Shown one piece after another: positions 1 through 5,538 of a stretch of DNA of 6,522 nucleotides. The notes beneath the pieces are model-generated. The model was not told the origin of the DNA. It made no database searches and was given only the letters and a program-made list of their open reading frames with translations. Made by a program: the position numbers and the translations under genes. Every line of letters starts with the position of its first letter. Position 1 is the first letter of the stretch. The stretch lies in the IMG/VR virus record IMGVR_UViG_2534681912_000007; one strand, given 5' to 3'. This DNA is from a virus. Lineage: Duplodnaviria; Heunggongvirae; Uroviricota; Caudoviricetes.

Positions 1-80
1 TCATATTCGCCCTGACTTTCCAGAACCATACGGACTGCCCGTTGACGGACTTCAGGGGAAAAACGAGTATTTTTAGTCAT
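1..80 (-). CDS. IS3-family transposase OrfA, N-terminal 26 codons (5' partial in window, continues past position 1)
   Basis: The reverse complement of 1..80 translates without a stop to MTKNTRFSPEVRQRAVRMVLESQGEY. A Shine-Dalgarno-like AAGAGG/CAGG lies just upstream of the ATG. This N-terminus is recalled as characteristic of the IS629/IS1203-type OrfA helix-turn-helix protein. Confidence 0.7.
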   Translation of the reverse strand, partial: MTKNTRFSPEVRQRAVRMVLESQGEY

Positions 81-134
81 CCTGTTTACCTCTTTCTCAG
101 GAAGTTTAGTCTCCAGGATTCCCGGGGCGGTTCA
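1..134 (-). mobile_element. Left end of an IS3-family insertion sequence (IS629/IS1203/IS3411-like), partial; continues beyond window start
   Basis: Read on the minus strand from 134, the sequence is TGAACCGCCCCGGGAATCCTGGAGACTAAACTTCCTGAGAAAGAGGTAAACAGG followed by ATG at 80. It has the TG... terminus typical of IS3-family inverted repeats and matches my recollection of the IS629-group left end. The ORF that follows encodes MTKNTRFSPEVRQRAVRMVLESQGEY, recalled as the OrfA N-terminus of this IS group. Exact element identity needs an ISfinder comparison. Confidence 0.7.
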
Positions 135-330
135 GATATTTATTCCATGCCTCCAGCAACGATCTTTCTTCCTCCGTTGCGATTTCCAGATCTACAGCAT
201 CCTGCAGTGGCGCAATATACTCACTGAATTCCTGGATGTAGAACTGTGTGGTGACGGTCTTCCAGCCATTCGGCTCCTGCTGTATCGAAGCATACCAGGC
301 TATTTCAATATCGCTATGCTGCGGCAGCAT
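106..330 (-). pseudogene. Remnant of a second tail fibre assembly gene (tfa-like C-terminal domain), 5'-truncated and 3'-interrupted by the IS insertion
   Basis: The 74-aa ORF contains [29 protein letters not shown], closely matching the C-terminal part of the intact Tfa at 1110..1694 ([29 protein letters not shown]). There is an in-frame stop immediately upstream of the Met at 331..333. The IS terminus begins inside codon 66 at position 134, so the last 8 residues (NRPGNPGD) and the stop at 106..108 are encoded by IS sequence. Confidence 0.7.
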
Positions 331-338
331 TTAACCCC

Positions 339-367
339 TTGTAATTCATCGCCATAATTGATTTAAT
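339..367 (+). promoter_or_regulatory. Putative sigma70 promoter for the methyltransferase gene (-35 TTGTAA 339..344, 17-bp spacer, extended -10 TGaTTTAAT 359..367)
   Basis: Hexamer matches to consensus read directly from the sequence, in the AT-rich region upstream of the + strand ORF. An alternative pair is TTGATT 358..363 with TATAAC 381..386. Prediction only. Confidence 0.25.
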
Positions 368-386
368 TCACAAATAAAACTATAAC

Positions 387-1055
387 ATGGTGAAATCAAT
401 GAAAAAAAACACAGATGATGGGGCTAAAATTTACACACCACTTACCCTAAAGCTTTATGACTGGTGGGTTTTGGGAGTATCAAATCGGCTTGCATGGGGA
501 TGTCCTACAAAGGAACACCTTCTTCCACACTTTCTGGAACATGTAGGTAACAACCATCTGGATATTGGTGTTGGAACTGGGTTTTACCTTACTCACGTAC
601 CTGAGAGTAGTCTGATATCTTTAATGGATTTGAACGAAGCTAGCCTGAACGCGGCATCTACAAGGGCTGGGGAATCAAAAATTAAACATAAAATTAGCCA
701 TGATGTTTTTGAACCTTATCCCGCGGCGTTACATGGTCAATTTGATTCCATTTCCATGTTTTACCTTCTTCACTGCCTGCCTGGAAATATATCTACAAAA
801 AGCTGTGTAATACGCAATGCGGCGCAGGCCTTAACTGACGATGGAACTCTATACGGAGCCACAATTCTTGGCGATGGAGTTGTGCACAATAGCTTCGGTC
901 AAAAACTGATGCGCATTTACAATCAGAAAGGCATCTTTTCAAACACAAAAGATTCCGAAGAAGGCTTAACACATATACTCTCAGAGCATTTCGAGAATGT
1001 TAAAACCAAGGTTCAAGGTACTGTAGTAATGTTTTCCGCTTCAGGGAAAAAATAG
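387..1055 (+). CDS. Class I (Rossmann-fold) SAM-dependent methyltransferase, substrate unknown; moron-like cargo gene
   Basis: 222-aa ORF convergent to tfa. Motif I LDIGVGTG at aa 58-65, acidic post-I residue in LISLMDL (D81), motif II FDSISMFYLLHCLP at aa 119-132 and motif III LTDDGTLYGATIL at aa 149-161 give the canonical MTase order. No DNA-MTase catalytic motifs ((D/N/S)PP(Y/F) or PCQ) are present. The start may instead be ATG 399 (MKKNTDD...), which has GGTGA at 389..393 as a Shine-Dalgarno with 5-nt spacing. The gene is visibly AT-richer than the flanking tail genes. Confidence 0.75.
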   Translation: MVKSMKKNTDDGAKIYTPLTLKLYDWWVLGVSNRLAWGCPTKEHLLPHFLEHVGNNHLDIGVGTGFYLTHVPESSLISLMDLNEASLNAASTRAGESKIKHKISHDVFEPYPAALHGQFDSISMFYLLHCLPGNISTKSCVIRNAAQALTDDGTLYGATILGDGVVHNSFGQKLMRIYNQKGIFSNTKDSEEGLTHILSEHFENVKTKVQGTVVMFSASGKK

Positions 1056-1062
1056 CATCCAA

Positions 1063-1095
1063 CCGCAGCACGTTCTTGCTTAAGACGTGCTGCGG
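1063..1095. terminator. Perfect 11-bp inverted repeat (CCGCAGCACGT / ACGTGCTGCGG) with 11-nt loop between the convergent methyltransferase and tfa genes; possible bidirectional terminator
   Basis: Stem arms 1063..1073 and 1085..1095 are exact reverse complements. It lies 8 nt after the methyltransferase stop (1053..1055) and 15 nt after the tfa stop (1110..1112). On the minus strand the stem is followed by UUGGAUGCUAUUUUUU; on the plus strand there is no U-tract. Confidence 0.4.
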
Positions 1096-1109
1096 CATAA
1101 TCCCAATGA

Positions 1110-1694
1110 TTACTCCCTGACAGGGTTCGTAGGCCACTCAATATCAGGTGCAGTTGATGTATCAACACGGTTCAGCAACACCCGATACTTTTTCCAGGCT
1201 TCCAGCAATGAGGTTTCTTCCTCCGTTGCAATTTCCAGATCTGCAGCATCCTGAAGCGGCGCAATATGCTCACTGGCTACCTGCATCAGGTTGTTTTTTG
1301 TTTCTTCCGCCTCCCGGATCCGGAACAGTTTTTCTGCTTCCGTATCCTTCACCCAGGCTGTGCCGTTCCACTTCTGAAACTCCCCTTCCGGCGATAACCA
1401 GGTAACATTTTCCGGTAACGGACCGAGTTCAGAAATAAATAACTCGTCCCCTGACGCTACGTCATAAACCGTTTTCCCCCGATGGTCTTCAACGAGATGC
1501 CACGATGCCTCATCACTGTTGAAAACAGCCACAAAGCCAGCAGGAATATCTGGTGGTGCAATATCGGTACTGTTTGCTGGCAGACCTGTATGAGGCGGAA
1601 TATATGCGTCACCTTCACCAATAAATTCATTAGTTCCGGCCAGCAGATTATAAATTTTTATGGTCCGTGCTTGTTCACTCATTCTGAATGCCAT
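1110..1694 (-). CDS. tfa: Tail fibre assembly protein Tfa (lambda Tfa homologue, 194 aa)
   Basis: [78 protein letters not shown]... is near-identical over its full length to lambda Tfa as I recall it, with the same 194-aa length. The start ATG (1692..1694) overlaps the stf stop TAA (1694..1696) by 1 nt. Confidence 0.95.
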   Translation of the reverse strand: MAFRMSEQARTIKIYNLLAGTNEFIGEGDAYIPPHTGLPANSTDIAPPDIPAGFVAVFNSDEASWHLVEDHRGKTVYDVASGDELFISELGPLPENVTWLSPEGEFQKWNGTAWVKDTEAEKLFRIREAEETKNNLMQVASEHIAPLQDAADLEIATEEETSLLEAWKKYRVLLNRVDTSTAPDIEWPTNPVRE

Positions 1695-4600
1695 TATGCA
1701 AGCCTCACAATATAGTTAAATGCGATGTTTTTGACGGTGTTTTCCGCGTTACCCGCAGCGTTAACGGTGATGGTGTGTCCATGTGAACCAATCGCAACGG
1801 AGTGCGTATGCGCACCAATACCTACAGTATGTGCATGTGCGCCAGAACTTGCTGCAGTACCAGACAGCGAGTGGGTATGAGCACCTGCTGACTGTGTCTG
1901 AATACGTTGATAATACGATCTATAGGAAGAAGTCTCCGGGCTTACTTGATACTGTGAATTCTGGACATAAGTGAACCCACCGCCATCATAAAATGCTAAC
2001 GCAGAACCGCCGCCTCCTGGCCAACGAATACCATTACCATGAGTATGAACACCGGCAGACCCCGTAGAGCCACTCAGACTGTGCGTATGCGCCCCGGTGT
2101 TATTCGTGGATTTAGTGCCGTAATCAAACGACGATGTGGTTTTCGTCCCCAAATCCGTACTGGATGCGCTGGCGCTGTGGGTGTGCGATTTTATGCCGTC
2201 CTGTTCCTGAGACAATACGGCCCGGCCACTGGCGGGTTTGCCCTTGATTGTCCAGCCGCGCATATCTGGAATAACACCTGAAGGATAGGCAATAGCCAGT
2301 TTCGGATATGCTGCCTTATCAAACGTCTGCCCCTGCATGATTGCATAACCTGCAGGTGGTGTATCTGATGGCCACGGCAGCGGAACACCTGGCGGAAACG
2401 CTTCAATATTTGCCGAGCCGTCAAATTTTACGCCGTTAATTGTCCTTGCAGTTTGCAATTTGGTTGCTGTGCTTGCATTACCCGATAAAGATCCAGTGAT
2501 ACCACCACTCGCGTTTAATTTAGTTGCAATTGTAACATTGCCAGTATGGTTACTAATTATAAACGGCCTTAAGCTATTGTGCGTACCAAGACTGTTACCC
2601 GAATCTGTCAACATAAAATATGTGTTTGATCCATCATTTCGGATAAAGAATCCATAGTTGCCATAGGCAATACGCAGACCATTTGCTGACCTTGAAATAA
2701 CCTCACCAGCAGCAGTTAAACCACCTGAAAGAGTCCCTCCAGTTAATGCCAATGCCCCAATATTTGAAGGGGTCAATGTGATATTTGCACTACCATCAAA
2801 TGACACACCGTTAATCGTTCTGGCTGCCTGAAGTTTCGTGGCGGTCGCAGCATTACCTGTAGTGTTTTGATTACCGGTAGCGTTGACTCCAGGCAAGTTG
2901 ATATCTGCCGATCCATCAAATGCCACGCCCCCAATCTTACGTGCTGTCTTGATCTTGGTCGCAGTATCTGCGTTTCCGGTCAAATTACCAGTAACACTAC
3001 CACCAACTTTTAGTCCATTACCGATGGACACCAACCCTGATCTTAAGTTTATAGAGAATGGTCTTAATGAACCGATGTCTCCATTTTCCCCCTCCCCTTC
3101 ATTAGTCGGAATAAGATGAAGATGATCTTCGGAACGCCTAAAAATAAGGCCAAAGGCTTGGTTGAATATTCGAAGAGCATTTATCGTGCTGATTTTTAAC
3201 TGCCCTCCCATTGTGTCGCCAGTTTTTTGAACTGAACTATCTTTAACAGTTTTAACTGCCTTTGGCGTTGCCGCCAGCTTTTCACTGGTGCTGTTTGTTG
3301 CACTGCTGAGCTGTACTATCCCCTTTTTCGTCGTGCTCGCATCCTCCAGCGCCACGGCGGATGCAATATCCTCTGCCCGTTTTGCTGCTGTCTCGGCGCG
3401 CGTTGCCGCGGATTCAGCAGCAACTTTGCTCTGAGATGCAGCCGTCGCACTGCCTGCCGCCTCTGATGCTTTCGTTGTTGCTGTCGTGGCACTACCTTTC
3501 GCTGCTGACGCTTGTCTGGTCGCCTCATCTTTTGAAGCAGACGCAGATGATGCCGATGACGCCGCTGAACTGGCTGACGATGCGGCTGCCGCCTTAGAGG
3601 AAGCAGCATTGTCTGCTGAAGTCTTTGCATTTGTTTCAGAGGTTTTTGCTGCAGAAGCAGACCTCGCTGCTGCAGTGGCTTGCTCAGTGGCTTTGCCAGC
3701 CTTCGTTGTGGCTGTTGAAGCGGATGATGCGGCGCTTTCTGCCGATTTTCCGGCGGCGGTGGCACTGGCTGAGGCCTGCCCGGCACTTGTTGACGCGGCA
3801 CTGGCAGATAATGCAGCCGCTGTTTTTGAACCTGCCGCAGCTGAGGCGCTCTGTCCCGCTGCTGTTTCAGAAGACTTAGCGTTCGTCTCGGACGTTTTTG
3901 CCGCCTTCGCGGAATTTCCTGCCGCCGTTGCCGAGGAAGCTGCACTACTGGCACTTGATGATGCATTCGTTTCTGAAGATTTCGCTGCCTCTTTTGAGGC
4001 CGCCGCACCCCGTGCCGAGGTGGCAGCTTCTGACGCCTTCGTGGTCGCTGTGGATGCAGAAGTGGCTGCCGATTTTTGTGATGCTGCGGCATTCGTTTCT
4101 GACGTTTTCGCGGCACTGGCGCTGGTAGCTGCCGCGCTTTTTGATGACTCTGCAGCAGCAGCACTTTTTGCTGCTTCACGGGCCTTTGTCGATGCCGTTC
4201 CTGCGCTGGAAGACGCTGACTGAGCCGACGACGCGGCCTGTCCGGCTGACGTGCTGGCGGCACGTGCTGAGGCTGCAGCATCGGTTGCATGAGTTGCCGC
4301 CTCGCTGGCTGATGCACTGGCATCGCTGGCTGATTTTTTCGCGGCTGCCGTATTCTGTGCAACCGCGGAGGCGTTACGTGACACCTCTTCCACCATCTGC
4401 TCAAAGCGGCGCAGTGCCTCCGGTCGGACATCATCCTCCGTCATGGCACCGAGAAAATCATTCAGCGTACCTGGTCTGGAACCTTCATAGACGGTAATGG
4501 TCCCGGCATGTGAAGGCGGAAAACCTTCAACCAGCAGGGTGACGCTGTACTGGCCATGCTCAACATCCATGCTGTAACGTCCGGCTTCATCCGGATTTTC

Positions 4601-4720
4601 AGAGGCCACCGTGTTCACCACCACCGTGCTGCTGGTTCGTCTGGCCTTCAGCACAATGGTGCAGTTCTGTACTGGTTTTCCTGTGCCATCTTTAAGCACG
4701 CCAGAAATTTTTACTGTCAT
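1694..4720 (-). CDS. stf: Side tail fibre protein Stf (lambda Stf/StfR family), 1008 aa, mosaic
   Basis: N-terminus [22 protein letters not shown]... and C-terminus ...[31 protein letters not shown] match lambda Stf as recalled. It has a long Ala/Ser/Thr-rich segment with KTSETNA-type repeats, three GNAxTATK(L/I)xxAR(K/T)I(G/N)GVxFDGSA(D/N)I units and C-terminal HxH repeats. A GGTGG Shine-Dalgarno lies 6 nt upstream of the ATG at 4720. Confidence 0.95.
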   Translation of the reverse strand: MTVKISGVLKDGTGKPVQNCTIVLKARRTSSTVVVNTVASENPDEAGRYSMDVEHGQYSVTLLVEGFPPSHAGTITVYEGSRPGTLNDFLGAMTEDDVRPEALRRFEQMVEEVSRNASAVAQNTAAAKKSASDASASASEAATHATDAAASARAASTSAGQAASSAQSASSSAGTASTKAREAAKSAAAAESSKSAAATSASAAKTSETNAAASQKSAATSASTATTKASEAATSARGAAASKEAAKSSETNASSSASSAASSATAAGNSAKAAKTSETNAKSSETAAGQSASAAAGSKTAAALSASAASTSAGQASASATAAGKSAESAASSASTATTKAGKATEQATAAARSASAAKTSETNAKTSADNAASSKAAAASSASSAASSASSASASKDEATRQASAAKGSATTATTKASEAAGSATAASQSKVAAESAATRAETAAKRAEDIASAVALEDASTTKKGIVQLSSATNSTSEKLAATPKAVKTVKDSSVQKTGDTMGGQLKISTINALRIFNQAFGLIFRRSEDHLHLIPTNEGEGENGDIGSLRPFSINLRSGLVSIGNGLKVGGSVTGNLTGNADTATKIKTARKIGGVAFDGSADINLPGVNATGNQNTTGNAATATKLQAARTINGVSFDGSANITLTPSNIGALALTGGTLSGGLTAAGEVISRSANGLRIAYGNYGFFIRNDGSNTYFMLTDSGNSLGTHNSLRPFIISNHTGNVTIATKLNASGGITGSLSGNASTATKLQTARTINGVKFDGSANIEAFPPGVPLPWPSDTPPAGYAIMQGQTFDKAAYPKLAIAYPSGVIPDMRGWTIKGKPASGRAVLSQEQDGIKSHTHSASASSTDLGTKTTSSFDYGTKSTNNTGAHTHSLSGSTGSAGVHTHGNGIRWPGGGGSALAFYDGGGFTYVQNSQYQVSPETSSYRSYYQRIQTQSAGAHTHSLSGTAASSGAHAHTVGIGAHTHSVAIGSHGHTITVNAAGNAENTVKNIAFNYIVRLA
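1766..2188 (-). other. C-terminal His-x-His repeat region of Stf (SHTHS, GAHTHS, GVHTHG, GAHTHS, GAHAHT, GAHTHS, SHGHT); putative metal-coordinating distal tip
   Basis: Seven HxH motifs in aa ~845-985, read directly from the translation. The same motif type coordinates metal ions in the T4 gp37 long tail fibre tip (established knowledge). Confidence 0.6.
2408..3181 (-). repeat. Internal tandem duplication of a ~95-aa shaft module within Stf (unit A aa 514-608 = nt 2897..3181; unit B aa 677-771 = nt 2408..2692), with an extra fibre-repeat unit between them
   Basis: [29 protein letters not shown]...[16 protein letters not shown]...[31 protein letters not shown] aligns without gaps to [29 protein letters not shown]...[16 protein letters not shown]...[31 protein letters not shown]. 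Shared positions include LRI, SLRPF, GNAxTATK, TAR and FDGSA. A third [26 protein letters not shown] unit lies at aa 621-647. Confidence 0.6.
3326..4378 (-). repeat. Coding low-complexity Ala/Ser/Thr-rich repeat region of Stf (aa ~115-465) with diverged tandem repeats at DNA level
   Basis: The protein is dominated by A, S, T, K, E with recurring [14 protein letters not shown] and [10 protein letters not shown] motifs. Recurring nucleotide motifs such as gcattcgtttctga(a/c)g(a/t)tttcgc appear at ~3961 and ~4089, with variants at ~3618 and ~3877. The GC-rich repetitive composition creates long spurious ORFs in other frames. Confidence 0.8.
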
Positions 4721-4734
4721 ACTTTTCCACCAAT

Positions 4735-4767
4735 AAAAAAAGCCCGCAGCAGTGACGCCACGGGCTT
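4735..4767 (-). terminator. Intrinsic terminator after lom (minus strand), immediately upstream of the stf ribosome-binding site
   Basis: Minus-strand RNA would read AAGCCCGUGGCGUCACUGCUGCGGGCUUUUUUUUAUUGG. A GC-rich stem (GCCCGUGG pairing with CUGCGGGC, including G-U wobbles) is followed by a U8 run, which corresponds to the A-run at 4735..4741 on the plus strand. Confidence 0.6.
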
Positions 4768-4871
4768 CAGGACAGTGTAACTTTACGTTTCCTCAAACGC
4801 AGTTCACCCCATAAGGTGGATGAACCTGCGTATCATAACAATATTTACAGAAGATAAATCGGCGTCTGTTG

Positions 4872-5471
4872 TCAGAAACGGTATCCGATACCAACAATAA
4901 ATGCATCCGTTCGCCAGTCGCCACTACCGGAACCTTCATAAGCAAGGTCAATGGTTACGGATTCGGTCGGGTTAAACTGCACGCCAGCCCCCCACGCCAG
5001 AGACGTGTTGCTGTGGCGACCGTCATCACTTCCGGTCAGCACATCGTGCGTTTTCCCCTTGTTGTCAGTTACGCGGAGATAATCCCCGGAGAAAGTCGAC
5101 ACACGGCTGTAAGCCACACCCACCATCGCATAAGCACTGAACCATTCATTCACGCGTACAGACGGCCCCGCCATCACGCTGAACCAGCGGTTACGCACGG
5201 AATCTTCATGCCAGCGGGTATCGCTGTAATGCGTTTTTTGCTCATCCTCAGCATTGGCATAACTGAAGGACGTAACCAGCCCCAGCGCGTCCGTAAACTC
5301 ATAACGGTATTTCACGTTAATCCCCTTCAGATCATCACTGCCGGGAACATCAGTACGGGCATGAAGATACCCCGCGCTCAGTGTGGACTGATGCTCAGAC
5401 GCCCACGCAGGCGCACCAGAGACAAACAGACAGACGACTGCGGACAAAATAACAGCACAAAATTTACGCAT
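4872..5471 (-). CDS. lom: Lom outer membrane protein (Ail/Lom family), 199 aa, with Sec signal peptide
   Basis: MRKFCAVILSAVVCLFVSGAPAWA|SEHQSTLSAGYLHA...WHEDSVRNRWFSVMAGPSVRVNEWFSAYAM...GIGYRF closely matches lambda Lom as recalled. It has an N-terminal hydrophobic signal with an AWA cleavage motif and a C-terminal aromatic residue typical of beta-barrel outer membrane proteins. A GAGAGGT Shine-Dalgarno precedes the ATG at 5471. Confidence 0.95.
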   Translation of the reverse strand: MRKFCAVILSAVVCLFVSGAPAWASEHQSTLSAGYLHARTDVPGSDDLKGINVKYRYEFTDALGLVTSFSYANAEDEQKTHYSDTRWHEDSVRNRWFSVMAGPSVRVNEWFSAYAMVGVAYSRVSTFSGDYLRVTDNKGKTHDVLTGSDDGRHSNTSLAWGAGVQFNPTESVTIDLAYEGSGSGDWRTDAFIVGIGYRF

Positions 5472-5493
5472 AATTACCTCTCGCTTTTCTGCA

Positions 5494-5520
5494 ATAAAAA
5501 AGGCGCCATTTCTGACGCCC
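5494..5520 (-). terminator. Intrinsic terminator after J (minus strand), between J and lom
   Basis: Minus-strand RNA would read GGGCGUCAGAAAUGGCGCCUUUUUUUAUUG. The stem GGCGUC/GGCGCC includes one G-U pair, has a 6-nt loop and is followed by a U-run. It lies 20-45 nt downstream of the J stop at 5539..5541. Confidence 0.6.
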
Positions 5521-5538
5521 GTATAGGGGTTATAAAAT

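Noticed and set aside
42-227. 61-aa + strand ORF containing [20 protein letters not shown]
   Set aside because: It is antisense to the tfa remnant and IS end. The peptide is the opposite-strand reading of the conserved tfa segment (the same shadow appears at 1148..1405 opposite the intact tfa), and it has no start context of its own.
387-1055. Possibility that the methyltransferase is a DNA methyltransferase of a restriction-modification system
   Set aside because: No (D/N/S)PP(Y/F/W) or PCQ/ENV catalytic motifs and no target-recognition domain are present, and there is no adjacent endonuclease ORF. The motif order fits small-molecule or protein class I methyltransferases.
387-1055. Possibility that the ORF is the type III effector methyltransferase NleE
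   Set aside because: It is similar in size, but it has a canonical GxGxG Rossmann SAM motif set that NleE-type effectors lack, and the N-terminus does not resemble what I recall of NleE.
106-1694. Invertible tail-fibre segment (Mu G / P1 C / e14 Pin type)
   Set aside because: The second tfa copy is in direct, not inverted, orientation. There is no recombinase gene and no obvious crossover-site pair in the window.
1148-1715. + strand ORFs 1148..1405 and 1482..1715 inside tfa
   Set aside because: Both are antisense shadow ORFs within the well-supported tfa gene; the first mirrors the 42..227 ORF.
1783-3119. Short + strand ORFs inside stf (1783..1974, 2039..2281, 2460..2657, 2883..3119) and - strand ORF 2191..2424
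   Set aside because: These are antisense or out-of-frame shadows within the stf coding region, with no independent support.
3326-4378. CRISPR array or other non-coding tandem repeat
   Set aside because: The repeats are diverged and irregular, and lie within the stf reading frame where they encode the Ala/Ser-rich region. There is no repeat-spacer periodicity.
3316-4497. Long ORFs overlapping the stf Ala-rich region (3316..4434 -, 3486..4223 +, 3361..3597 +, 3625..3879 +, 3898..4128 +, 4141..4497 +)
   Set aside because: Their extreme Arg/Gln/Pro or Ala/Asp composition is what off-frame translation of GC-rich repetitive GCN-type codons produces. stf in the lambda-matching frame explains the region.
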